The notes under the pieces: generated by a model
Database searches by the model: none
Told to the model about the DNA's origin: nothing
Seen by the model: only the letters and a program-made list of their open reading frames with translations
Assembly (NCBI GenBank): GCA_964522205.1
Contig: CAZFTG010000004.1
Span: 8,820 to 72,819 of the forward strand
Length of the DNA stretch: 64,000 nt
Direction of reading: 5' to 3'
DNA from: an uncultured Thermoproteales archaeon
GTDB lineage: Archaea; Thermoproteota; Thermoprotei; Thermofilales; B20-G17
Made by a program: the position numbers and the translations under genes
In this document: piece by piece, positions 27,297 through 36,078 of the stretch
Position numbering within the stretch: position 1 is the stretch's first letter
Layout: each line of letters opens with the position of its first letter

Positions 27297-27680
27297 CTAC
27301 TTCTCTATTTCGAACAACTTGCTTTTATCCTGATTAATTCTTTTATATACTTCTAATACTTCAAGTGCAAACTTCCCATCAATCTCATCTACTTGTTCCT
27401 GTAGGTTTGAAGGACCTCTAAGTTTCATTAATGAAAGGAACTCTTGAATACTCAGGTTGTACCTCTTCTCTATATCTTCTATAAGTCTCTCGAATGTTTC
27501 TCTACTAAACCCCCCATAATCTTTTACACATGGAGGACAGGGAATTTTAAGTGCTCTACACAGCTCCACTAATAGTACACATGTTTCAGGATCTCTTACC
27601 TCAGGACATAGATTATCACATTGAGCCCTAGCATAGGTTATTATCTTCTTCATGACCTCTGAGTCAATTCTAAGTTTCAT
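27297..27680 (-). CDS. Hypothetical Cys-rich protein
   Basis: 127 aa with C-x3-C-x8-C-x6-C-x6-C-x2-C at residues 21-51. It lies 11 nt downstream of hps on the same strand. Confidence 0.4.
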   Translation of the reverse strand: MKLRIDSEVMKKIITYARAQCDNLCPEVRDPETCVLLVELCRALKIPCPPCVKDYGGFSRETFERLIEDIEKRYNLSIQEFLSLMKLRGPSNLQEQVDEIDGKFALEVLEVYKRINQDKSKLFEIEK

Positions 27681-27691
27681 ATAGCTACCCC

Positions 27692-28363
27692 CTACCTACC
27701 TATACTCTTCAAGAGGTTCTTAACTTTCCTTTCGATATCGATTGAGGTAGTTATAGCCCTTCCCACTATCAGTATATCTGCTCCTGCCATCGCTAGTATA
27801 GGTGCTGTGCTTTCATCTATACCTCCTGCAACTGCTACTTCTACACCACTACTATCCTTGAGATCACGTATCACTTCAATTAAGGATTCCACACTTTTAT
27901 CCCTCTGTTCATCTATTCCGATGTGTATACAGAATATGTCTGGTCTACAGACACTAAGTATTTCCTCTACTCTTCTTAGTTTATTGGGTATACTCATGAG
28001 GTCAACCATGACCTTACCTCCTAGTGATTTAGCCTCATCAACCACGTACTTTATTGTGTTCATACTCGAGAATCCCATTACTGTAACTATGTCTGCTCCA
28101 GCATTTATGGCCAGTCCTGTTTCTAGTTTTCCTGCATCTACTATCTTCATATCAGCTACTATAGGCTTTTCTGGAAGCGCTGCTCTGATTATTCTAATAC
28201 TCCTGATCCCCTCACTTTTTATGAGGGGTGTCCCTACTTCCACTATATCCACACCAGCTCTGGAGCTTTCAAGTGCTATTTTTAGTGCTCTCTCTAAGTC
28301 TATCAGATCTAGGGCTACTTGAAGTAAAGGTCTTCCCTTAGTGGTTATTTCCCTCATACTCAC
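27692..28363 (-). CDS. hps: 3-hexulose-6-phosphate synthase family (OMPDC-fold)
   Basis: LLQVALDLIDLERAL...DIVEVGTPLIKSEG...IVADMKIVDAG...VAVAGGI...ILIVGRAI. Confidence 0.75.
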   Translation of the reverse strand: MSMREITTKGRPLLQVALDLIDLERALKIALESSRAGVDIVEVGTPLIKSEGIRSIRIIRAALPEKPIVADMKIVDAGKLETGLAINAGADIVTVMGFSSMNTIKYVVDEAKSLGGKVMVDLMSIPNKLRRVEEILSVCRPDIFCIHIGIDEQRDKSVESLIEVIRDLKDSSGVEVAVAGGIDESTAPILAMAGADILIVGRAITTSIDIERKVKNLLKSIGR

Positions 28364-28470
28364 ACTACTACTCTCTTCTCCAGAGACCTTATTCGCTTAT
28401 CCATTATATCGTTTTCTTATAACGATCTGGAGAATATCTTGATCTCATAGACGGATATTGCAGTTTAACC

Positions 28471-28480
28471 ATTTATATGC
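28471..28480 (+). promoter_or_regulatory. TATA box for ORF 28505/28508
   Basis: ATTTATATGC lies about 30 nt upstream of ATG 28508. Confidence 0.35.
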
Positions 28481-28504
28481 TTTAGTCTGGAGAGAAAACG
28501 ATGT

Positions 28505-28804
28505 TTGATGTCGGAGTTTGAAGTAGATCTAGAGGACTTCCTCATTAAAATGGAAAGACTACTCTGTGGAGAGCATTTAAAAAAGCTGAAGTCATACCTG
28601 GAATCACATAAGGAACCCACTACTGGTGATGTAGTCTTAACTACTGAAGAATTAATAGCATTTCTGATAAGTGAATGTGAACTAAAACTAGAAGAAGTAC
28701 TGGAAATATTAGCCGAACTGGGATTAGGTGAGAAGGATATAAATTACATATATAGACTCTTCTCTGAAGATCCCTTAGCACGTCCCTATGGATACTCTAG
28801 GTAG
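28505..28804 (+). CDS. Hypothetical acidic helical protein
   Basis: 99-aa ORF (ATG at 28508). I recognise no family. Confidence 0.35.
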   Translation: MMSEFEVDLEDFLIKMERLLCGEHLKKLKSYLESHKEPTTGDVVLTTEELIAFLISECELKLEEVLEILAELGLGEKDINYIYRLFSEDPLARPYGYSR

Positions 28805-28809
28805 CAGTT

Positions 28810-28849
28810 AAAGATACTTTATTACATATCTTGCCTTTTAAGTATCTTT
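28810..28849. repeat. Perfect 10-bp inverted repeat AAAGATACTT / AAGTATCTTT (20-nt spacer)
   Basis: Read directly from the sequence. It is followed by a second hairpin, TACAGTA-ttg-TACTGTA, at 28850-28866. Confidence 0.9.
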
Positions 28850-28922
28850 TACAGTATTGTACTGTAATAATATGACCTAAATTTTAAAAAGAAAACCTAC
28901 ATGAGGAGTCAGGGTGGTATAA

Positions 28923-30173
28923 CTGGAGTATGGAGATGAGAATTTCATAATAGCTTCATCAGAAGATATAAAAAAAGGACGTACAACCGATGTCTACTTC
29001 CTCAGAACAGTGAGAATATTGAAAGCCGAAGACCTCGATAAAGTACGAGTTCACGCTGAAGTTACTGTAAGCTCTCTACCCAAGTCCTATAAATGGGCTA
29101 TACTAGGAGGGCTAAGAGACGTCGTAAACCTATTTAAAGGCCTACCCGTAGACCTCTACGCAATGCCCGAAGGCTCCGTCTTCTATGATAAGGACTACTA
29201 CGGAACCAGAGAACCTATATTGACTATAAGTGGAGAATACGCATCTTTCGCAGTATATGAGACCCCTATGTTAGGCTTTTTGGCATTTGGTTCTGGAATA
29301 GTCACCAAGACAGCTAGGTTGAGGAAGATAGCTGGTAATAAAGTAAAGATACTATCTTTTGGAGCTAGGAGGATGCATCCTGCAGTCTCTCCATTTATAA
29401 GCTTTTACGCATACATTGGCGGATGTGATGGAGTTTCCTGTGTCCGTGGTGCTGAATTCTTGGGACTAAAACCTATGGGGACCATGCCACATAGTTTAAT
29501 GATAATATACAGGGCTATTAAAGGTGATCATTCTGAAGCCTGGAAAGCCTTTCATAGAGTACTACCTAAAGATGTACCTAGAATAATGTTGGTAGATACC
29601 TTCTATGATGAGAAAGAGGAGGCTATAATGGCAGTAGAAGTACTAGGCCCAGAGAATATATATGGTGTGAGATTAGATACTCCCTCCTCTAGAAGGGGGA
29701 AGTTTGAAGATATAGTAAGAGAAGTCAAATGGGAGCTTAAAATAAGGGGTTACGATAAGGTCAAGATTATACTTTCAGGAGGTATAGATGAGGAGAGTTT
29801 ACCGAGGTTAATTAAGGCTGGTGCAGATGGCTTCGGTATAGGATCTAGCATAGCAAACGCTCCTATAATAGATGTGGCCATGGATATAGTAGCGGTAGAG
29901 AGAAAAGGAGTATGGGTTCCCATAACCAAAAGAGGAAAAATGGCAGGGTTAAAACAGGTCTACAGATGTCAAAAGTGCTTGACAGATATAGTGTTAGAGG
30001 CTAATAAAGCACCTCCTATATGTCCAGTATGCGGTAGTGATATGAAGAAAATGCTCATCCCCTATCTAAAGAGAGGGAAGCTTGTGAAAGACCTCCCTTC
30101 TCCCCATGAGGTTAGAGAGTACGTCCTAGAACAACTTGAAAAATTGGACCTAAGTAGAAAACCTTGGGAGTAA
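28923..30173 (+). CDS. Nicotinate phosphoribosyltransferase (archaeal type); 5' end unresolved
   Basis: It aligns along its length with my recollection of the Thermoplasma Ta1145-type NAPRTase (ASSEDIKKGRTTDVYFLRT..., GARRMHPA, GTMPHS, DTPSSRRG, C-terminal CxxC...CxxC). The track starts at GTG 29010, but the conserved N-terminus lies upstream. See findings. Confidence 0.85.
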   Translation: MEYGDENFIIASSEDIKKGRTTDVYFLRTVRILKAEDLDKVRVHAEVTVSSLPKSYKWAILGGLRDVVNLFKGLPVDLYAMPEGSVFYDKDYYGTREPILTISGEYASFAVYETPMLGFLAFGSGIVTKTARLRKIAGNKVKILSFGARRMHPAVSPFISFYAYIGGCDGVSCVRGAEFLGLKPMGTMPHSLMIIYRAIKGDHSEAWKAFHRVLPKDVPRIMLVDTFYDEKEEAIMAVEVLGPENIYGVRLDTPSSRRGKFEDIVREVKWELKIRGYDKVKIILSGGIDEESLPRLIKAGADGFGIGSSIANAPIIDVAMDIVAVERKGVWVPITKRGKMAGLKQVYRCQKCLTDIVLEANKAPPICPVCGSDMKKMLIPYLKRGKLVKDLPSPHEVREYVLEQLEKLDLSRKPWE

Positions 30174-30180
30174 TCTACTA

Positions 30181-31365
30181 ATGAAGACTATAGCAATACT
30201 TGGGGCCGATCAAAGTGCTGTGAGAGCTGCGCTTCTACTGAGAAGAGCCAAACAGAGAGCAAGAATACTTCTATTTCCATGGAGATCACAATCACCCTGT
30301 ATAGTATGGCCAATAGTACCATATTATCTGAGAGGAGACGTAGGAGAGGAGATGCTATTCCTCTACACAAATGACATGCTAAAAAGTGCCTTGAGAATAC
30401 GAGTCATGGAGCCTATTATAGATGTAGACCTGGATGAGCGAGTAGTTGAAACTAGAGAACATACTTATGAATTCGATTGTGCCCTCCTCTCCCTGAATGA
30501 AGAGACAGTAGTACAAGTAAAGGGATTGAGTTTATCATTAGAGCGATTGGAGGACTTAAGGACTTTAAAAAGAGTAATTGAGGAAAACGAGGAATTCTCC
30601 TTCGAAGGAGAGATGCCCACGGTACTTGATATATGTAGTGCTATAAGAAAGCACTGTACTATTCATCTCATTGATGTTACTAGGTATTTAGATGAGGAAA
30701 TAAGAGAAGAATTAGAGAATTTTCTACAGAGAATAGATATATCCTTAGAAGGCGAGGCGGGAGAAGTACGAGCAGTAATAGAATCACACACTAGAGGGGA
30801 AGTTGAAAAGATACTGAAGTATTTTAGAGGAACTACATTTGAAGACCTTATAGATAGTGACATTATAGCCTACGGTTCCCTAGTACCAGCTCTCGACGCT
30901 ATAACAAGGAAAAAAGGCAGGTTTAAGGAATGGCCTACTCTCGATAAGATGGCTAGAATAGGTGCACTTTATCTAGGAGGCTATAGACCCGTACTAAGGG
31001 GGTTCATAAAGTATTACTGGTGGAGACTTAGATACCTCTACTTGTACACTATAGGGGCCACAGAGGAGGAGGCTTCAAAAGTCTATGATGATATAACCTC
31101 AACTAGAATAAGACTTAGAGGAAAGGATACTGAGATCTTAGTAAAATGCATTGCAGAGAGGAAGAGTAAAAGGATAGTTGGTGTTCAGGCAATATCACTT
31201 GGTACGAGATTAGATAACATATTCAGTCTTCTCTTGCCTATATACATGCACGTTCCTCTAGATAGCATTGTTCCACTCTACTTTCCCAGTACCTCCATAC
31301 CATTTAGAGATGCCGTTAATATGGCTGTAGATGCACTATGGAGAAAACTATCAAAATTGAAATAG
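30181..31365 (+). CDS. Pyridine nucleotide-disulfide oxidoreductase (NOX/CoADR-like) homolog with degenerate dinucleotide-binding motifs
   Basis: The layout and C-terminal dimerisation-like region (YTIGATEEEA...RIVGVQAIS) resemble NADH oxidase/CoA-disulfide reductase. However, the first GxGxxG reads ILGADQSA, and I see no second Rossmann motif. Confidence 0.5.
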   Translation: MKTIAILGADQSAVRAALLLRRAKQRARILLFPWRSQSPCIVWPIVPYYLRGDVGEEMLFLYTNDMLKSALRIRVMEPIIDVDLDERVVETREHTYEFDCALLSLNEETVVQVKGLSLSLERLEDLRTLKRVIEENEEFSFEGEMPTVLDICSAIRKHCTIHLIDVTRYLDEEIREELENFLQRIDISLEGEAGEVRAVIESHTRGEVEKILKYFRGTTFEDLIDSDIIAYGSLVPALDAITRKKGRFKEWPTLDKMARIGALYLGGYRPVLRGFIKYYWWRLRYLYLYTIGATEEEASKVYDDITSTRIRLRGKDTEILVKCIAERKSKRIVGVQAISLGTRLDNIFSLLLPIYMHVPLDSIVPLYFPSTSIPFRDAVNMAVDALWRKLSKLK

Positions 31366-31398
31366 TATCCTTCATAGCAATTATTGTAGGGTGGTGAT

Positions 31399-32334
31399 AT
31401 GGTACCTAGAGTACTAGTATGCGATCCTATTTCACAGGAAGCTATTGATCTGCTCAAGCAAAAAGGCTATCATATAGACTTCATAAGATCGCCGAAGCCT
31501 GAAGAATTAAAGAAGATAGTGGAGGATTATGATGTACTTATCGTGAGGAGCGCAACTAAAGTAACTGCAGAGGTGATAGAGCGAGCACATAGACTTAAAA
31601 TAATAGGTCGTCCAGGAGCGGGATTAGATAACATAGATCTGGCAAAAGCTAGAGAAAAGGGTATAATAGTTGTGAATACTCCGAATGCTCTCTCGATATC
31701 AGTAGCAGAATTAACCATAGGATTGATGTTAATGTTAGCAAGAAATTTATTTACAGCCTGTGAAAGTATGAAAAGAGGAGCTTGGATAAAACATAAGCTT
31801 AAAGGGTTCGAACTTTACGGAAAGACTCTAGGTGTAATTGGTCTGGGTAATGTAGGTTCAGAAGTGGCCATAAGAGCTAAGGCCTTGGGAATGAGAGTAC
31901 TTGGGTACAGAAGGACAAGACTACTAGAGACCGCTAAAAGACTAGGAGTGACCGCATGTAGCTTCGAAGAACTCTTGAGAGAAAGTGATTTCATAACTAT
32001 TCACGTACCACTCACCCCTGAGACTTTTCATATGATCAGTGAAAGGGAGTTTAACATGATGAAGGAAGGAGTATTTCTCATAAATACATCAAGAGGGGCT
32101 GTAGTGGATGGAAGAAGCTTACTTAAAGCTCTTGAGACAGGAAAAGTCGCTGGAGCTGCTCTCGATGTATTTGAAAATGAACCACCTAAGGAGGAGTGGG
32201 AGTTTAAGCTCATAGGACATCCAAGAGTTATTGCGACTCCTCATATAGGATCTATGACATTAGAAGCGCAGAAGCGTGCTGGTCTAATGTTAGTAAGGAA
32301 GATAATTGAGATCTTAAGTACCGATAGCAAATAA
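31399..32334 (+). CDS. D-isomer-specific 2-hydroxyacid dehydrogenase (phosphoglycerate dehydrogenase-like)
   Basis: NAD motif GVIGLGNVGSEVA and catalytic-region residues RG...E...H (NTSRGAVVD, TPHIGS). Confidence 0.8.
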   Translation: MVPRVLVCDPISQEAIDLLKQKGYHIDFIRSPKPEELKKIVEDYDVLIVRSATKVTAEVIERAHRLKIIGRPGAGLDNIDLAKAREKGIIVVNTPNALSISVAELTIGLMLMLARNLFTACESMKRGAWIKHKLKGFELYGKTLGVIGLGNVGSEVAIRAKALGMRVLGYRRTRLLETAKRLGVTACSFEELLRESDFITIHVPLTPETFHMISEREFNMMKEGVFLINTSRGAVVDGRSLLKALETGKVAGAALDVFENEPPKEEWEFKLIGHPRVIATPHIGSMTLEAQKRAGLMLVRKIIEILSTDSK

Positions 32335-32722
32335 TGATACAGCTCTATACTTTTTCTAATAAGAAATTTATGGAAACTCTAAGTCATAGAAAGGATAAAC
32401 ATAGGATAGTAAAGACAGGAGCTTAATTTCCCTAAGATTAGAACTGTCAAGGCTAATTATGAGTAATTCCTCAATTGAGAGAAGACCACTAACAAAGTTT
32501 GCTAGTCTCTTTAGCGATTTTCTTAACTGATTTCTCCTTCTTTTTAAAATCGAAAACTAAATTAAAAGCAAATTTTAATATACCAGCTTAATATCTTTTA
32601 CAATATATACTATTGTTTAAACTCAGTATATTTTTCCTTTTAGTCTAGTTTTCTAGACCTGTCTGTCTACGAGTATAGAAATAAATTTGCTCTACACATA
32701 AGCACCATGGGGTGACCTGGGA

Positions 32723-33157
32723 ATGGGATCTAATGAGATATTCGAGGCGATATCGCATCCATTAAGAATTAAAATATTGAAGTTACTTGCTGAGAAGTCA
32801 ATGAGCTTTTCAGAACTGAAGAGGGAACTTGGAACTAAAAGTAGCGGGAAATTAGATTTCCATCTAAAGAAATTAGGAAACTTAATAACCTTAAACAGTG
32901 AGGGTAAATATACGATAACTAAGGAGGGCTATGCAGCATTACAGGCAATATCTACCATTAGAAAGTATGGGTGGCAGAAGAGAGCTTACATAATAAATAC
33001 AATAGCATACGTTATAGTAGTAGCCTATACGTTGAATGCAATGTCATGGAGGATTTCTTGGTCAATGTATACTATAGTATTAGTGACAGCAACACTATGG
33101 TTCCTATTCTATAGCTACTGGAGTATTGTAAAAAGAGGAGTATTTAAAGTGTACTAA
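32723..33157 (+). CDS. ArsR-type winged-helix regulator fused to two C-terminal TM helices
   Basis: The HTH region is FEAISHPLRIKILKLLAEKSMSFSELKRELG. The hydrophobic segments are YIINTIAYVIVVAYTL and YTIVLVTATLWFLFYSYW. Confidence 0.6.
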   Translation: MGSNEIFEAISHPLRIKILKLLAEKSMSFSELKRELGTKSSGKLDFHLKKLGNLITLNSEGKYTITKEGYAALQAISTIRKYGWQKRAYIINTIAYVIVVAYTLNAMSWRISWSMYTIVLVTATLWFLFYSYWSIVKRGVFKVY

Positions 33158-33168
33158 GGTGGTGGACT

Positions 33169-34095
33169 GTGAAGTATGTTGTGGAGGTCGAAAATTTAAC
33201 TAAGGAATTTAATGGTAGACGAGTACTTCATGGTCTAACGTTTCATGTAAAAAGCGGTGAAGTTTTCGGATTATTAGGACCAAACGGTGCTGGTAAAACA
33301 ACAACTATAAGAATTATTCTAGGTTTGCTGAGACCAACTTCGGGTAAGGCGTTAGTCTTCGGGCAACAACTTGCCAAACGCAGAGATCTTAGAAGAAAGA
33401 TAGGTGTTGTTCTAGAAAGTGACGGATTATTTCGCAGGCTTTCAGCATACGAGAATCTCGAATTCTATGCTAAAATCTATGGGCTTAACAATAATATAGA
33501 GAGGAATAAGAAAGTTAGAGAAGCTTTAGAGCTTGTAGGACTTTATGAAGTGAGAAACATGAAAGTAGGCTATTTTTCCAAGGGTATGAGGAGGAGACTA
33601 GCATTAGCTAGAGCTTTAATTCATAATCCTGAAGTCCTATTTCTCGATGAACCTACTTTAGGCCTAGACGTCGAATCCCAAACCATGGTCCAAGACCTAA
33701 TAATTAAGCTCTCTAGGAAGGAAAACGTAACAATACTATATACTTCCCATAACATGTACGAAGTTGAAAAAATATGCACTAAAGTAGCAGTTTTAGTGAA
33801 AGGTAAGATAATAGCATTAGATAGAGTGGACAATTTATTAGCGAAAAACAGTAAGTGTGTAGTAGAGATCTGCTTTCCTAGCGCCAACGAGGCACTAAAC
33901 GCATATGAGTACTTAAGAAAACTAGGCTATGTCGTAAATTGGAAGACCAAAGAGGAGAAGTGTATAGTGGTATTCAGTGAACCATCTAAACTGATAAAGG
34001 AACTTACCAGAGTAGACATTAGAGTTGAAGAAGTTAAAAAGCTTAGGAGAACACTTGAAGAAACATATTTAGAACTTGTTAGGAGGTGTTCCTAG
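33169..34095 (+). CDS. ABC transporter ATP-binding protein (ABC-2 subfamily)
   Basis: Walker A GPNGAGKTT, signature FSKGMRRRL, Walker B LFLDEPTLGLD. Confidence 0.9.
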   Translation: MKYVVEVENLTKEFNGRRVLHGLTFHVKSGEVFGLLGPNGAGKTTTIRIILGLLRPTSGKALVFGQQLAKRRDLRRKIGVVLESDGLFRRLSAYENLEFYAKIYGLNNNIERNKKVREALELVGLYEVRNMKVGYFSKGMRRRLALARALIHNPEVLFLDEPTLGLDVESQTMVQDLIIKLSRKENVTILYTSHNMYEVEKICTKVAVLVKGKIIALDRVDNLLAKNSKCVVEICFPSANEALNAYEYLRKLGYVVNWKTKEEKCIVVFSEPSKLIKELTRVDIRVEEVKKLRRTLEETYLELVRRCS

Positions 34096-34097
34096 GC

Positions 34098-34763
34098 ATG
34101 ATGGAAACTATTGTGTGGAAGGAAATTAGGGAAACGATTAGAGACAGGAATATGTTATCTAGCATATTAAGCATATCATTACTAATGATACTGTTGAATC
34201 TCACATCGTTTAAACTTTTAATGGCTAATACTGAAACATTCATAGCTTATATTGCTCCATGTATAGGTGTTTTAGTAGGTTTTAGTTTAAGCTATCGTTT
34301 TACCAGAGAGAAAATGGAAGGAGTACTAGAGACACTGCTTTGCACACCACTCACTTTGAAAGAATTATGGTTAGGCAAGGTCATAGGTTTGACAATACCC
34401 TCTTATGCTACTTCAGTAGTATTAGTGCTAATCTTAACACTTATGAGAGAACTAACCATAGGAGGGGCTATGTTAGCTTACATCTTACTAGCACTACCAA
34501 TGTTCATAGCTTCAGCTATAGGGCTACTAGGATATCTTCAGTATATTTTAGGTATGAAACAAATACAGGCATTGAACTTTGTAGTTTTCTTCACATTATT
34601 TGCTACACTATACATGGTCATAAGAAGGCTACCGCATGAAAACACAGTGATAACATGGAGTAATGTAGGAGCGGCCATAACACTTACATCAGCCATACTA
34701 GCCACTACCTACTATTTAGTAACACGTTTAAGTAAGGAGAAAGTGATACTAGAAATAAGCTAA
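34098..34763 (+). CDS. ABC-2 type permease
   Basis: Polytopic membrane protein that overlaps the end of the ATPase gene. ATG 34098 is preferred over the track's GTG 34086. Confidence 0.6.
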   Translation: MMETIVWKEIRETIRDRNMLSSILSISLLMILLNLTSFKLLMANTETFIAYIAPCIGVLVGFSLSYRFTREKMEGVLETLLCTPLTLKELWLGKVIGLTIPSYATSVVLVLILTLMRELTIGGAMLAYILLALPMFIASAIGLLGYLQYILGMKQIQALNFVVFFTLFATLYMVIRRLPHENTVITWSNVGAAITLTSAILATTYYLVTRLSKEKVILEIS

Positions 34764-34846
34764 ATAAAAATAGTTTTTTGTTAAAAAATCCACCTCTTCG
34801 ATTCAAAATTGAAAGTATTTTAGAATCTCTAAATTAAACATACTTT

Positions 34847-34880
34847 GCAAGGAAAACCTTGCCCTTACTTTTTATTATTT
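34847..34880 (+). terminator. Hairpin plus T-rich tract downstream of the ABC operon
   Basis: GCAAGG-AAAA-CCTTGC (34847-34862) is followed by CCTTACTTTTTATTATTT. Confidence 0.3.
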
Positions 34881-35125
34881 AAGGCTAAATTCACTACGGA
34901 GAATAGTATTCTTAAAGGTTGAGAATATAACTTTAGATATATTATAAATCTTTATTAGAAAGTTTATTATAATGAAATAATATATGCACTACTAATTATA
35001 AATTTAATCATTTTCTTGTTCTAATATTCATATTAACTACCTATATGAAAAAGAGACATTTTAAGAAAAGGATAGTCCAGAAATAAATATATTTTACTAA
35101 ACTCCATGAAGAGGGAGGAAAGAGT

Positions 35126-35617
35126 ATGGGATTGTACAAGTACCTAGCTAAGCTGTGGAAAAGACCCTTTGAAGGAGAGTTTGGAAAAGTACTGAAGCAG
35201 AGGTTGATTAAGTGGAGAAGAGAGCCAAGCATTGTTAGAATACCTAAGCCTACTAGACTGAATAGAGCTAGAGCATTAGGATACAAAGCTAAACAAGGTT
35301 TCGTAGTAGTAAGAGTGCGCGTGAGAAAGGGTGGCCTTAGTAAGCCTAGACCCAGATCCGGTAGAAGACCTAAGAGAATGGGCATCCTAGGTCATACTCC
35401 TAAAAAGAGCCTGCAACTCATAGCAGAAGAGAAGGCTGCGAGAAAACATCCTAATTTAGAAGTACTGGGTTCCTACTGGGTAGGTGAAGATGGTATGTAC
35501 AAGTGGTTCGAGGTGATAATGATCGACCCTCACCACCCTGTGATCAGAAATGACCCACATTACGCATGGCTAGTCGGGTATACTAGAAAGAAAAAGTATA
35601 AGCCGGTAAAATTATGA
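35126..35617 (+). CDS. rpl15e: Ribosomal protein L15e (eL15)
   Basis: [14 protein letters not shown]...[44 protein letters not shown]. Confidence 0.9.
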   Translation: MGLYKYLAKLWKRPFEGEFGKVLKQRLIKWRREPSIVRIPKPTRLNRARALGYKAKQGFVVVRVRVRKGGLSKPRPRSGRRPKRMGILGHTPKKSLQLIAEEKAARKHPNLEVLGSYWVGEDGMYKWFEVIMIDPHHPVIRNDPHYAWLVGYTRKKKYKPVKL

Positions 35618-36078
35618 AACTAGTGGCCAGTATATTTATCGAGGCCTTCTGCCATGCAACTGAAGATAAAGATAAAGTACTTTCTACCATATTAAATCTC
35701 ATACCAGACCCACTTAGACAGGAGATTAAGGGGAATATAAATGTGGAGGCACTATTCGGGTACTATGGTAATCCTATAGAGGTATTTAGACTCAAGGTAA
35801 GCGATAGAGAGAAAGCACAGGATATAACCTCGAGAATTATAGGCTCTCTAGACGACTTAGACTATCAATATCTCCTCGATACTCTTAATATTAGAACTGA
35901 TAGAAAGGGAAATCTATACTTAAGAGTGAACAAGCAGTCACTTTTAATTGAAAAAGTAGTTATAGATGATGAAAGTGATGATATAGTTAAGATAAAGATA
36001 AAATTCCTCCCCCACATAAGAGATGAAGAAGATATCAGAAATGCCCTATATCATCTAAGAAAGCACTCTGATGGTTAG
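35614..36078 (+). CDS. Predicted RNA-binding protein (COG1325/DUF54 type, 'predicted exosome subunit')
   Basis: 154 aa with an N-terminal [14 protein letters not shown] motif. An ATGA overlap links it to rpl15e, a conserved pairing as I recall. Confidence 0.5.
   Translation: MKLVASIFIEAFCHATEDKDKVLSTILNLIPDPLRQEIKGNINVEALFGYYGNPIEVFRLKVSDREKAQDITSRIIGSLDDLDYQYLLDTLNIRTDRKGNLYLRVNKQSLLIEKVVIDDESDDIVKIKIKFLPHIRDEEDIRNALYHLRKHSDG

Noticed and set aside
32557-34838. A shared 10-mer, CTAAATTAAA, occurs in both spacers flanking the ArsR-ABC cassette (32557-32566 and 34829-34838). It could be att-like direct repeats.
   Set aside because: It is a short, pure-AT-rich match in spacers of about 75% AT. 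No integrase or tRNA target is nearby. It is within chance expectation.
35041-35385. A minus-strand 114-aa ORF overlaps rpl15e, and a +2-frame ORF at 34340-34639 lies inside the permease gene.
   Set aside because: Both overlap strongly supported genes. They have no recognisable motifs and implausible composition.
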